This document shows positions 46,154-58,559 of a stretch of DNA of 64,000 nucleotides, in pieces. Positions within the stretch are counted from its first letter, which is position 1. Each line of letters starts with the position of its first letter. The position numbers and the translations under genes are program-made. The notes beneath the pieces were generated by a model. The model was given only the letters and a program-made list of their open reading frames with translations, was not told the origin of the DNA and did no database searches. The stretch comes from Octopus bimaculoides (Eukaryota), in assembly GCF_001194135.2 (NCBI RefSeq), contig NC_068993.1, forward strand, positions 52,619,883 through 52,683,882, written 5' to 3'.

Positions 46154-48114
46154 GAGAGAAAGAGAAAGAAAAGAGAGAGAAAGAAAAAAGAGAAAGTGAA
46201 AGAGAAAGAGAGAAAGAAAAGAGAGAGAAAGTGAAAGAGAGAAAGAGAAAGAGAGAGAGGGAGAGAGAGAGAGAGAGAGAGAGTAGGTGAGAGAGAGAGA
46301 GAGAGAGAGAGAGAAGGAGAAAGAAAGAGCGAGAGAGATTGCGATTGCAATTTATTAATTGAATGATGACATGAACACTTTCCCCTGTCTCCATGCACAT
46401 AAACAGAAATATGCTTCGGCAAATAAAGAGAAAGAGAGAGAGAGGTGAGGGATGAAAGAAACATGAAAACGTCTAATATCAAAAAAGGTAAGCGTCGAGT
46501 CAGCAACACCAAAACGGAGGTGCGAAACCCTAATGTTAGCGAGCAAGAATCACTGAACACAATCAGAAGAACGGCATGTAACGTAAAAAAATAGCCAACT
46601 GCACCGGTAAGAGGACGTGAAGCGTAGTGTATGGAGAATAACGTTTGGTTAAAGAAGCGAAATAGTGGTGGCAGGAAGGTGCAGAAGCGGGGGGAAAGAG
46701 TTAGATGTGGACAGAAGTTATCAGAGAAGATCTAATGAAAGGGGAAAAAAAGTATTTGCAACGAGGAGCTGGGTGTTATATGGGAAAAGACCTTCCCAAC
46801 CCACGCATGCATGGTAAAGGGCGTAAAATATTATCTATACCACACATATAAACTTACAGGTAGATATATACACATACATACATACATATATACATACATA
46901 CATGTAGAAACATACATATGCGCACGCGAAAATATATAGATATGCATATATATGTGCATATGTGTGTTCGTATATACTGGTAAAAGTTTGTGTATATATA
47001 TATATTTAGAATAAGGAAATCAGAATGTTAGATTATTATATATATTTTTTATTTACATTTTTTAGCGCTTTCTTCCGTTATCGATTTCATCAAAAAGTGG
47101 TTTAATATTAGATACCTTGGCCTTTTTATATATAAAGAATTTTGTGGGGTTTGCCAAGAAAGGGAGAAGAAAACCTTTTTCTTTTTGAGAAGGAAGGGGA
47201 GGTGAAGAGACGTAGCTTTTGTATTGGTATGGTCAGACTTGTTTGTTTAGTACTTCGTGGCTTTTAAGGTGGGGAAGGAAAAAGAATTTTCGTATTTGAA
47301 TTGGTCAAGGTTAAAAGTTAAAAGACCAGATGTGTTTGACTTTCTTCAGTAAAAATTATAATTACATTTCCAGGTCTTGTTCTTTTGTATTCATTAAAGA
47401 ATAGTTGTATGGATGTGGTCAACTTTTTTTGATTGAAATTCTAGTTGTTTTCGAAAGAGTGATTCATTGCTGTGTGAGTGTATAGTGGACTCAAAAATCA
47501 CTCTTTCGAAAACAACTAGAATTTCAATCAAAAAAAGTTGACCACATCCATCCAACTATTCTTTAATGAATACAAAAGAACAAGACTGGAAATGCAATTA
47601 TAATTTTTACTGAAGAAAGTAAAAAACATCTGGTTTTTCAATTAAAACATTGACCAATTCAAATACGAAAATTTCTTTTCCTTCCCCACCTTAAAAGGCC
47701 ACTAAGTACTAAACAAACAAATCTGACCATACCAATACAAAATCCATGCTTCTTTAGCTCCCCCTCAGTCTCAAAAAATGCTTTTTTCTTCTCTTTTGCA
47801 TGGCAGACCCCGCAAAATTATATATAAAAAGGCCAAGAAATTTAACTTCAAACCTCTTTTTGATAAATCCAATAACGGAAGAAAGCGCTAAAAATATACA
47901 AATAAAAATATATATATAATCATCCAACATTCTGACTTCCTTAGCGGTTCGGTAAAAGTGACCGATAGAATAAGTACTAGGCTTACAAAGAATAAGTCCC
48001 GGGGTCGATATGCTCGACTAAAGGCGGTGCTGCAGCATGGCCGCCGTCAAATGACTGAAACAAGTAAGTAAAGAGTAATATCTGTACACCACTTCAAAAA
48101 CTCTCTCTCTGATA

Positions 48115-48149
<35 letters not shown>

Positions 48150-49150
48150 GTGTATATATATATATATATTATATATCCACGTTCATAATGGTTAATATAG
48201 TCATGTGTAACCCTTCTATCTATCATTAACTATCATAATTTAAATAAAAATGAGCGAAGAATGATAAATCAGAGTATCCAGTGACGTGTATATGAGCAAC
48301 ATAGATAAATGCAGGTATATCAAATACCATACAACAAATTCTTGAATTCTCGAATCAGCAGCGACAAAACCGCTGTCCTACCTTAGTGCACTTCTTTGAT
48401 ATAGCTGAATATTCATACACTAGCTCGTTCGTATGTGTTGAAGCGCAGTCGTGGCTGTGTGGTAAGAATTTTGCTTCCCAACCATAAGACTCCGGGTTCA
48501 GTCCCTCTGATGGTATTTTGGGCAGCTGTCTTCTACAACCCCAGGCTGACCAAAGCCTTTTGAGTAGATTTGGTAGGCAGAAACTGAAGAAAGCTGGTCA
48601 TATATAAGTGCACGTTTGTGTTTGTCCCCTACCACCGCTTGACCGATGGTTTGTTTACGTCCCCATATCTTAGTGGTTCAAAGAAACCGATACAATCAGT
48701 ATCGGGGTTAAAAAAAGTGAATACTGGTGAGGTGTGATTCGTTCGGTTAAATTCCTTCAAGACAGTGCCCTAGCATGGCCACAGTACAGGTAATCACATC
48801 CTTGATCGTCGTTTTACCTGAGCTCCAACGATATTCTGAGACTGGCTTCACAGTTGTTCCAAAAATCTTGATTTTCGTTGTGGAATTATGGCGACAAGAA
48901 GTTCTTTTAGCGTTTATTTAATAGGATTATGCCAGGGATTCAATCAAGTTTCGTTGTGGTGAAAAAAATTGTTATATTGACACTCGTTATAACGGAGTTT
49001 CATCTGTATGACTGTATGTGTGTTCACATGCATACACATTTTAAAGTCGTTTATATAGAAATTCACACACACACAATACACAAATATATTCACATGTATA
49101 CACATTTTTACATTGTATTTTCATCTTCAGATATTTAGACAAATACGCAC

Positions 49151-49188
<38 letters not shown>

Positions 49189-52100
49189 NNNNNNNNNNNN
49201 NNNNNNNNNNNNNNNNNNNNNNNNNNNNNNNNNNNNNNNNNNNNNNNNNNNNNNNNNNNNNNNNNNNNNNNNNNNNNNNNNNNNNNNNNNNNNNNNNNNN
49301 NNNNNNNNNNNNNNNNNNNNNNNNNNNNNNNNNNNNNNNNNNNNNNNNNNNNNNNNNNNNNNNNNNNNNNNNNNNNNNNNNNNNNNNNNNNNNNNNNNNN
49401 NNNNNNNNNNNNNNNNNNNNNNNNNNNNNNNNNNNNNNNNNNNNNNNNNNNNNNNNNNNNNNNNNNNNNNNNNNNNNNNNNNNNNNNNNNNNNNNNNNNN
49501 NNNNATATATATATATATATATATATAAATAAAATGCCCTGCTCTTAAAGTACACCAAATAAAAAGCCCATTACATGCATATGTTTAGAACCAAACACCA
49601 CTCGAACATACCCTCATCATCTGGGCCTGTACTATTTGCTCGTTGGTATCATTTCCGTCAGTATCCCATTGAAAAATTTCTAGAGAGTTCTCCCTCTCCA
49701 TTTCCGATGTTGGGGGTGGCACGTGTTCGAAAGACACATGGACGGGGCAGCGGTGAGTCAACCGCTCCACCCAGCTGCAACACGAGGCTATGCCACAATT
49801 ATTTTTCATTAACGAATGAAACTGTCAAGAAGAAAAGGACAAATATATATATATATAAAAGAAGGTCCCAGATGGTTAGAGACACCGTCGGAAATAGGGG
49901 TTCAGAAATTGACACTGTTCCTATGGGATGAGGGACTGGAAGTGATTTGTCTATTGTGCAGAATACAAGGGGAAAAATAACCTGAGAAAAGCTAGCAACT
50001 TTTATAACGCTGAAGTCCAGACATAACAGAACCGAAAAGTATGTTTAGTAATTTTGTAAAATATTTGCTTTCTATTAGAAAACCTTTTTTTTATATATAA
50101 ATGTTAGTTGGAAGGCAAATTACTAGTGCATGACTGTTAAAGGTTGAGAATTATCTATTAATCTTTATTCGCTGTTGCCAAATGCAAATGTCTTACTTTA
50201 AAGTTGTGATTAATAAATAGTATACTGTAATATCTAAAATGCCTTTGATAAAACCCTTGATTCAGATAGAAGTGATAACAAATTTCATGTAACGTAGGGT
50301 ACTATTCCAGTTGGCATCACATCACAGTTTCTAGTGAGTTGTTAAATAAGATGCAATTATTTCTTTTCCAAAAGAAAATGGCAAACAAATAGAATCAAAG
50401 ATCGATTTCAGCTCGAATATTTTTCTTTATCTAGTCACAATACACAGTTCGAGCAGATTGTATTAAATAAAAAAAGGCAATCAAAATTAGAAAAATAAAT
50501 AAAACGAGGTATATATGACGTTCACAAAGAAATCACTTACATTCTGACATATCGACAAGAACATGCTCTGATGGCGACTGATGTCTCCTTTATTTGTGTT
50601 ATTAATCAGTGTTAAAATGGCGTCATCATGGCGTTTATCTTGTTCGTAAGTATCACATTGCACACAAAGTCTTTTATCTTCTAGCTGTCGGAGTTCTTTT
50701 AGGACGGACCCCAAATTCAAATCTGTAAAGAATAAATATAAGCCATTATAAATTTGAGACACAAAATAAAACGTCTCTGCCAAAAGGTTACTTATCCAAT
50801 TCGATGTCATTCCAATATGTGTGCATGTAATCTGATCAACCAAATATATTACTGGTATTAGACTGAACTACTAGAAAGATTTCAAGTTTTATGCAGAACC
50901 ACGAAGCTTTATCGTAATGAATTTTTCCCACTACTTCCTTGTCAAATAAAATTAAACGTAGAAATCTCGATCTAGATGTGGAAGTTTTGACAAGTGATTT
51001 GCATCTCACGCTTGCGAAAGTTTTGCTAATGTCAAAGTCAACAACACTGATTTTCAAATCTACCGTGTGTGAGTGTATATGTGTATGTAATATAGGAATT
51101 TAAGTCTCTGGGAGATCTGGTTTTACGAGAGCTGTGGTAGTTGTAATTATGAAAGGAGAGATGGAGATTTAAGATGTTAGAGAAAGTTATCAACGGGTAC
51201 CTCCATCATTGAACTATTAGATGTAAGAGAGTTGGTAGGGTCTAAGGGATTGGCTTTGTTGGAGTTGTACAAACTGCTGTGCATTTTCAATGATTGGAAT
51301 ATATTCCTATAGAGAAAGAAAAATTAAAGAGTTTAATGGGGTTTGAGGCTAGTAATAGAGAGCATTGTTAGAGATTAATGAAAGAGACATCGTTAGGAAC
51401 GGTGGCTTAGATGCATTCAACTGACAGGAGGTAATTTTGCAATCGCTTTCTAAGGCTGCTTGATGGAGTGGAAGAAGGGCGGAAGTAATTTGGGAAAAGA
51501 GTTTCTCAATGTAGACTGAGTGGACTTGGGTGCAAAGCGGGTTGCGAATGTGGGCGCTTCCTCCGCAAAAGTATTTCATGATTGTGAAGTCGCTGAAAAA
51601 AGGATTTAGCAATGGTTGGTAGCGATCTTTGTGACAAGAATCAAAAATTGGTTGTAGTTTGGGAGGCAGGAGAGATTGTGGGTTGTATGAGGCACGGAGG
51701 TAACTTTCATGCTTTGGATAATCTTCCGAGAGTTGCGGCACATGTTAAAGTCATCCAGTTTGTATGGATGGACGATTCTGTGTGTAGGGGAGAGAGAGAG
51801 AGAACAAACTGCCATATGTCACTCCTACGAGCGTCAATGATTATGGATCTTCATCCACTTCTGTCCCACGGCAACTTATTGGGCGGGTCTTCCCAATTGT
51901 TATGAAGTATTCAAGGCTTATATGGTTTCCAATGAACTTCACTGGTTGCCTTAACTGCTAAGTTTTCCTACTTTCCTAAGTGATTTCAATGTTTGTCTGT
52001 CAGTTTGTGTATCTTAAGCAATTATCTTAACAACATCTCTGCAGCACTGGTAGCCATTTGTACGTGCTTGCTAATGTTCCAAGTCAGACAGCCCTATGTA

Positions 52101-55100
52101 ACGATAGGTTCTATGTATGTTCCTTTCTCTCTCTCTCTCTCTCACCGATGGCTGCTTATTTGACAATGCGCTTCATCTCGCTGAGATCAGACTTGGATCG
52201 TCCAAGACAAGTTAGCAATTTTTACAAGAATCGTTATGCTAACAGTAAACTATTCTCACGACACATATAAAGAAAAATGGTTTCGTAACACAAGCACAAT
52301 TTAAATCGTCTAAACGAATTGCAAAGAAGGCGAAAGCAAACATCGAAGGAATGATTGATAAAGAATGTATAAATTTCTGTTGCATGTTTAGGAAAACAAG
52401 TATCAGATTGTTTGAGAATGTTGGTTTATAAGACAGGACAGGTTGAGAGTATAAAAGATATTGGTAAGTATGTGTGTCGTAGAAACAAGTAGAATCAGAA
52501 TTTTTTTTTTTTTTTTTATTCAATAGCTATGGAGGAGGCATATAAAAAAATCTAGTACAGTTGTTTATAATTGGATATTATTTTGATATCCAGATTTAAT
52601 GGTTCATCTATTCAGGAATCATACAAATCCGAAGCATAAACTGAAAATTTTCCACTTTTGAAGAAATCACAAATTGAAAATCGCATCATTGATTTTTACC
52701 ATTTAATGGATTGAATAATTTTTCCTCAACACTAAATTTAGCCAATAACAAGTACTAAACTTTGACAACCTTGTTANNNNNNNNNNNNNNNNNNNNNNNN
52801 NNNNNNNNNNNNNNNNNNNNNNNNNNNNNNNNNNNNNNNNNNNNNNNNNNNNNNNNNNNNNNNNNNNNNNNNNNNNNNNNNNNNNNNNNNNNNNNNNNNN
52901 NNNNNNNNNNNNNNNNNNNNNNNNNNNNNNNNNGCATTTAACTTTCTGATTAATTGATATATCTTTTATCTTTTGTTTCGGTTATTAGAATGCAGCCTTG
53001 CTGAGACCGCTTTGAAGAACTTTTGGTCGAAAAATCGATCTCAGTCCTTTTTTAAACCTGGTACTTATTCTGTCGGTTTTTTGACGAAGAGTTAAATTAC
53101 GGGGACTTAAACAAAACCACACCGGTTGTCAAGCGGTGGCGGAGTACGAACACAAAGACACAAACACACACACACACACACACACACGTGTGTTTGGATT
53201 CTTTCAGTTTCTGTCTACCAAACCCACTCACAAAATTATGGTCTGCTGGAGGCTGTAGAAGACATTTGCCTAAGGTGCCGTGTAATGGGACTGAAACCGG
53301 GACGATGTGGTTGGGAAGCAAACGTCTTAACACACAGCTACGCCTGCGCAGCAGTTTAATTAATGCTGAGTAGCACGATTTCGAACATATCTATGAATTT
53401 ATAAAATTAAGGATCTAAATCTTTCCTTGGTACAAATTTCACCGACCCTCACAGGTTCTTATGAGTTTGGAATTCGCTCCTGGATTAAAAAGAGCTCCCC
53501 TGTCCGATTTAACTTACTTTGAAATATTATTTCACGAATTAAAAAAAAAAATCCAAATCATTAAAACTACATCGCCCTGTGTCCCCAAAATTTCAGTTAA
53601 TATATTTCGTATATCTTGTGTTTTCGGTCCAAATCAGTGCTGTAAGCATATTGGGTTCTTGTTTAGACAAAGATGCAAGGTTTCAATTTTTTTGGTGGGG
53701 TGGGGCGGGATTTTGTGACATTATTAGTTTTATAAGTAAAAAGAAAACAGCAAGAACTGGGAATTGAAACGCAATAGTTATCGATGACTTATGTGTAATA
53801 CAAAAGCCATGTTATAAGAGAAGCTTTTCATCCATAGATAAGCCTCAATATAAGCAATACTTATTTTATTGACCTGGGAGAGATAAAAGGAAAAATCGCA
53901 AAAAGGGCTTCAATACCTATTCATGTTATGTGTATTCATGTCGTCATATCGATAAACATTAAAATGCATCTACTCTGTCTTTTTACTGGCCGAATTATTT
54001 TGCAAACTATTAACAAGCTAAAGAAATATAAACGGACAACCAAAATTTAAATTATTTCTCAATTTAGCTGAATGTTAAGCAAAGAAATGTATGGAATCAG
54101 AAAGATTATTACTAACCTTTGAAAGTATTTGAAAATAAAATATACTCAAATATCTTCTTGAATCCAACTCGCAACTGCATTTTTTACCAACGGATTTTAA
54201 TTACAAATACAATTTCTAATAATGTTAGAATTTAGTTAATAATTACTAAAGAATTTCTGTTAAGTTTTAGTGATTTGAAAAAAATCCTATGAAAACTATA
54301 CATATTAGTCTAAAAATGTAATCGACAAAATTGTCTGGTCATAATTTCAGTTACTTTTTCCTCAAAACTGATTAATGTGTTTAATGCTTTAAAAATCTCG
54401 GGTAAAGCTATCATTTCAATAGCTGTAAGAATATATACAATTGAAACGAGTAAATAGAAAGTGAAAAATTAAGATAACCGAATTGAAGACAAAGGTGTTT
54501 TTAAAGAAGGCTTTATGACTTTGAATGCGATATGTATTGTAATAAGGAGAGTCCATTACAGTTTAAGAGGGTTTCTGATTTGACGTCCAAATATTGTCTC
54601 TCGACAAACTGTGCGGAGTCAGTTTCGATTCTTGTTGAAAGCCATTTCACTTCACTACCATTGCAAAATCATAAATGACGCCAAAATAATCTCGTTCCTC
54701 GCACTAAAAATGTAGTTGTGTCATCTAAGGTTGAGAAAAGCGGAATTAATCAGGACAGTTGTCAGTTAACTGGAAGGCAACCCAGTTCAAATTCCAGCAG
54801 GATTAAACAGGAATTTTTCTTTTTCGTGACGGGGATAAAATGCTGAGTTACGGTTTTCTGACGTGAATTCCATCCACAACTAGGATACAATTTAAGAATC
54901 TTGATCGACCTCGGAAGGATGACAGACAAAGTTAACCTTAGCAGATATGAACTCAAAATACAATGAGCCATAACTAAATATCACAAAGTTTCTTCGGCTA
55001 ATCTATCTTGAACTTCAAAAGGATAGACTCTACATTCGTTACTTGCGGACGAGAGAGAGAGAGAGAGAGAGACAGAGTATCAACATACTATAGGGCGTCC

Positions 55101-56368
55101 TTTTGCTTAATATTGTCAAAACCATTGCAGATTTCACAGGTGTTCAGAGGTTTTGAATTTATAGATGAGAAAAATGAGATTGCGCGATGCTTTTGAGCAT
55201 CTAAACGACATCATCAACGTGAGTGGCTCAAAAGGAGAGTCAAAATCGGCTCACTGGAAGTTCACATTCATTTTACGGAGCTCTCGTCTATTATTCTATA
55301 TAATCTTTAATACTGTAAAACGCACGATTCTTTGTTTTTGTCGCTGTAAGAAACCTTAGAAAGAAAAATCGTTCATAGTGCTAAAGCAGATTTACTTTTA
55401 GATACACTTACTCTAAACAGCATCAATTTGAGTTATTGCTATTAATTAAAGAGTTTGAATTCGATCTTTTCTACAAAAGTACCCGCTGATCAAGCAACTT
55501 TTACTGAGAGAACAGGAAACATAGTCAGCTGGCGAATCACAATGGAAAAGCAAGAAAACAGTTTAGCGTTTGATTATATAAAAAATTGTTAAGAATGTAT
55601 GAATAATAATTTCAAATTTTGGCACAATTCGGGGGGAAGGAGTAAGTCGATTTCCTCAACCCCCAGTACTTAACTGGTATTTATTTTATCGTCCCCGAAA
55701 TTATGAAATGCAAAGTCGACCTCGACAGAATTTGAACTCAGAACGTGAAGACGGATGACATGCTGCAAAGCATTTTGCCCGGCGTGCTAACGATTCTGCC
55801 AGCTCGCTGCCTTTGATAATAATGTTTGTTTAAAACATTATTTATTTATGTGCCCTTTTAAAGCTTAGCCATGCTCATGGGCCCGGTTTCCCGGTTTCTA
55901 TGGTGTATGTGTCCCCCACCCCAGCTGGACGGGACGCCAGTCCATCGCAGCTTTACTCAAGAAATAGGAAGAAAGAGTAAGAGAAAGTTGGGGGCGAAAG
56001 TGTACGACAGGGATCGCCACCATCCCCTGCCGGAGCCTCGTGGAGCTTTAGGTGTTTTCGCTCAATAAACACACACAACGCCCGCTCTGGGAATCGAAAC
56101 CGCGATCCACCGACCACGAGTCCGCTGCCCTAACCACTGGGCCATTGCGCCTCCACTGTTTAAAATATGGGCATACTAAAATATAAATTGTAGTTAAAAG
56201 ATGTATACCTCTAAATTCCACACGAATTTGTACACGCTTGTAGAGATCTTCAGTAGCAAACAATATACAGTTAATGAAGGCCATTAAATTACGTTTATAA
56301 GTGACTATATCCGTGGTTTTCAGTTCTTTCACGATGAAACTAAATCTGTAGCGCTCATTTTTACTGAC
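25503..56368 (-). CDS. INF2: Inverted formin-2-like protein (DID/FH3, long linker, FH1, FH2, DAD); 5' exons outside the window
   Basis: Exons 56368-56209, 50722-50541, 42804-42725, 41641-39546, 35970-35810, 35602-35444, 34204-33947, 32011-31833, 29074-28960, 27850-27686, 26468-26351, 25588-25503 (3759 nt, frame continuous). Motifs: [11 protein letters not shown] (DID), poly-Pro FH1, [48 protein letters not shown] (DAD-like). Orthologue versus paralogue is unresolved. Confidence 0.88.
26351..26468 (-). CDS. INF2: Formin post-FH2 coiled exon
   Basis: [24 protein letters not shown]; AG/GT, phases fit. Confidence 0.85.
26525..26705 (+). mobile_element. RTE LINE 3' fragment
   Basis: [17 protein letters not shown] resembles the RTE C-terminus; degraded. 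Confidence 0.5.
27686..27850 (-). CDS. INF2: Formin FH2 exon
   Basis: [23 protein letters not shown]. Confidence 0.92.
28960..29074 (-). CDS. INF2: Formin FH2 exon
   Basis: [11 protein letters not shown]...QYSDFIK. Confidence 0.9.
29452..30060 (+). mobile_element. Penelope-like element fragment (RT C-terminus plus GIY-YIG)
   Basis: [11 protein letters not shown]...[17 protein letters not shown] and [16 protein letters not shown]; frameshifted; abuts a (TA/CA)n array. Confidence 0.85.
30481..31216 (+). mobile_element. Non-autonomous Helitron
   Basis: A|TC 5' end, internal (GA)n, 3' end CACGGG...CTAG|T. Confidence 0.6.
31290..31700 (+). mobile_element. Highly decayed Helitron helicase fragment
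   Basis: NGMRL, KIIEC, ALVCG and GELSDVIAS are weakly similar to the helicase motifs NGTRL, VIEA, SLQVCG and GQLYVA.S. Confidence 0.35.
31833..32011 (-). CDS. INF2: Formin FH2 exon
   Basis: [35 protein letters not shown]. Confidence 0.93.
32750..33470 (+). mobile_element. CR1/Jockey-group LINE RT C-terminal relic
   Basis: LGLTISDDL and [22 protein letters not shown]; interrupted by stops. Confidence 0.7.
33947..34204 (-). CDS. INF2: Formin FH2 exon
   Basis: [15 protein letters not shown]...LDVGNYMNS. Confidence 0.93.
35444..35602 (-). CDS. INF2: Formin FH2 exon
   Basis: [16 protein letters not shown]...[10 protein letters not shown]. Confidence 0.92.
35810..35970 (-). CDS. INF2: Formin FH2 exon
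   Basis: EKGNLWQDV...[10 protein letters not shown]. Confidence 0.92.
36990..39373 (+). mobile_element. Chapaev3-like (CMC) DNA transposon, near full length, pseudogenised transposase
   Basis: ~100 bp imperfect TIRs (37010-37111 and 39238-39340); right end CAGTG. Transposase remnants [71 protein letters not shown], with stops and frameshifts. Family assignment is from memory of motifs. No TSD recovered. Confidence 0.8.
39546..41641 (-). CDS. INF2: Formin 2096-nt exon: S/T/E/P-rich linker, FH1 and FH2 start
   Basis: Acceptor ttcttcag|TGA, donor AATG|GTAATG; poly-Pro tracts; ends [16 protein letters not shown]. Confidence 0.93.
41836..42290 (-). mobile_element. Mariner 3' fragment
   Basis: Terminal TACGAGG... 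and decayed YSPDL-like segment (HFSPDV). Confidence 0.65.
42725..42804 (-). CDS. INF2: Formin FH3 exon
   Basis: [26 protein letters not shown]. Confidence 0.88.
43740..44405 (+). mobile_element. Helitron RepHel coding relic
   Basis: IHERHP-like [53 protein letters not shown]; multiple stops. Confidence 0.8.
44470..44775 (-). mobile_element. tRNA-derived SINE (distinct family)
   Basis: tRNA-like head on the minus strand (gcgcgtggcttagtggtaaggagtattcgactcaagatcgtaaag). Confidence 0.65.
44990..45900 (-). mobile_element. Decayed LINE endonuclease region
   Basis: Sequence related to the relics at 50850-52040 and 60370-61500; no intact ORF. Confidence 0.45.
46060..46340. repeat. (GA)n / purine-rich microsatellite array
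   Basis: Directly visible; produces spurious ER/SL ORFs. Confidence 0.95.
47013..47942. repeat. ~930 bp inverted repeat (foldback), ~450 bp arms, ~31 nt loop
   Basis: 47013-47464 is the reverse complement of 47496-47942; nearly perfect next to the loop. Confidence 0.95.
50541..50722 (-). CDS. INF2: Formin DID/FH3 exon
   Basis: [27 protein letters not shown]...[13 protein letters not shown]. Confidence 0.88.
50850..52040 (-). mobile_element. Decayed CR1/Jockey-group LINE (linker plus RT N-part)
   Basis: [17 protein letters not shown] matches RT motif LDISKAFD.V.H..L; interrupted. Confidence 0.7.
56209..56368 (-). CDS. INF2: Formin DID exon
   Basis: [36 protein letters not shown]...RVQIRVEFR. 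Confidence 0.9.
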
Positions 56369-57035
56369 CTGAAATAAAAAAAAAGAAATAGGAAAAACAT
56401 ATTATAGTGGTAATAATGAATTGTAATTAAACATTTGCTGTGATAGTAGAAATGTAACGGAATTGAAACATTCGGTATTAATATTTATTACAAGCTAACA
56501 CAGAATTAACCACGTTAAAAGACGTTTTAAAAAGACGTTTTAAGAAGGAAATAAATACATATTTTAAGCACCATTAAAAAAAAACAATTTAATATTTTAA
56601 TGTATTAAAGAATATTTTCAGACTGTTGCAGATATTTCTGGACTCAGAACGATTATTTTGCACAATTATGTACACAGTTATACATTGTGGAGTAATATAA
56701 ATGATGATTTAATGTATAGGTACGGAGAAAGGAATAAGATTTATACGTGTGTTACATATTCCATTATGTTGGGTTGGAGGCGGATGAGAATTAGAGTCAA
56801 ACAAGTTCAAAACCGTAGAGCTAATAGTAAATATTGTTTGGAATTTAATCCAATGCTCTATCGTTTTTTACGAACTACAAACGCCCTGTCAGACTCAGAG
56901 TAGCCGCTTCTTTGAATATATAAGTAAACTCTACTTTTTACTCCCGTTTGTAAATTCAAATTTGTACCCGAACATACACACACACACACACAACATGTAT
57001 ATGTAAGTATGAATGTATGTATGCATGTGTACAAC

Positions 57036-57093
<58 letters not shown>

Positions 57094-57318
57094 GTATTCA
57101 TGTATTTATGAGTGCATGTGTATGCATTTGTGTATTTACATAAGCAAGAATGTTTCAGTGTGTTGCCTATGTATGTATGTATGTATGTATGTATGTATTA
57201 TGTATGTATGTATGTAAAAGATATTAAGATCACGGAACAGGTGAAACGCCCAGGGTAAAGAAAAAAACACAAACATATCTTCCGATCATCATATCTTAGC
57301 TGTTGACTGAGGGTCATA

Positions 57319-57366
<48 letters not shown>

Positions 57367-58305
57367 NNNNNNNNNNNNNNNNNNNNNNNNNNNNNNNNNN
57401 NNNNNNNNNNNNNNNNNNNNNNNNNNNNNNNNNNNNNNNNNNNNNNNNNNNNNNNNNNNNNNNNNNNNNNNNNNNNNNNNNNNNNNNNNNNNNNNNNNNN
57501 NNNNNNNNNNNNNNNNNNNNNNNNNNNNNNNNNNNNNNNNNNNNNNNNNNNNNNNNNNNNNNNNNNNNNNNNNNNNNNNNNNNNNNNNNNNNNNNNNNNN
57601 NNNNNNNNNNNNNNNNNNNNNNNNNNNNNNNNNNNNNNNNNNNNNNNNNNNNNNNNNNNNNNNNNNNNNNNNNNNNNNNNNNNNNNNNNNNNNNNNNNNN
57701 NNNNNNNNNNNNNNNNNNNNNNNNNNNNNNNNNNNNNNNNNNNNNNNNNNNNNNNNNNNNNNNNNNNNNNNNNNNNNNNNNNNNNNNNNNNNNNNNNNNN
57801 NNNNNNNNNNNNNNNNNNNNNNNNNNNNNNNNNNNNNNNNNNNNNNNNNNNNNNNNNNNNNNNNNNNNNNNNNNNNNNNNNNNNNNNNNNNNNNNNNNNN
57901 NNNNNNNNNNNNNNNNNNNNNNNNNNNNNNNNNNNNNNNNNNNNNNNNNNNNNNNNNNNNNNNNNNNNNNNNNNNNNNNNNNNNNNNNNNNNNNNNNNNN
58001 NNNNNNNNNNNNNNNNNNNNNNNNNNNNNNNNNNNNNNNNNNNNNNNNNNNNNNNNNNNNNNNNNNNNNNNNNNNNNNNNNNNNNNNNNNNNNNNNNNNN
58101 NNNNNNNNNNNNNNNNNNNNNNNNNNNNNNNNNNNNNNNNNNNNNNNNNNNNNNNNNNNNNNNNNNNNNNNNNNNNNNNNNNNNNNNNNNNNNNNNNNNN
58201 NNNNNNNNNNNNNNNNNNNNNNNNNNNNNNNNNNNNNNNNNNNNNNNNNNNNNNNNNNNNNNNNNNNNNNNNNNNNNNNNNNNNNNNNNNNNNNNNNNNN
58301 NNNNN
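57367..58305. other. Assembly gap (largest). Others at 16570-16589, 19704-19890, 21377-21868, 23265-23274, 43043-43052, 49189-49505, 52777-52933
   Basis: N runs; several begin or end in simple repeats. Confidence 0.98.
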
Positions 58306-58559
58306 TATATATATATACTTTATTAAAGCTGCAAAAACATCACACACACACACATATACACATACACCATTTGATTGAGGGGATAAGTATAATCCAGGTG
58401 ATCAGCCTACAAATAGACTTCATGCTATCTGCTCGTGTGCAATGACTATGCTTGGTTTTGTAACATTTCGTTGAACGGCTCATCAATTATTATGATAACT
58501 GACACATTCAAGCAAGGTTCCTGCATAAATTCTGTATGAAATTTGACAAGTTTGCTACT

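Noticed and set aside
45904-46560. ER/KE-rich and SL-rich ORFs
   Set aside because: Translations of a (GA)n microsatellite.
52260-52440. [16 protein letters not shown] resembling a CACTA transposase segment
   Set aside because: Too short and weak to call without a database search.
55165-55359. bHLH-like [16 protein letters not shown]
   Set aside because: No helix 2 and no splice context; the surrounding DNA looks like a decayed mariner 5' end.
57289-58445. Long ORFs of 330-380 aa (also at 21214-22162, 19632-19946 and 49113-49558)
   Set aside because: They run through N gaps; only the RTE part at 21869-22200 is real coding relic.
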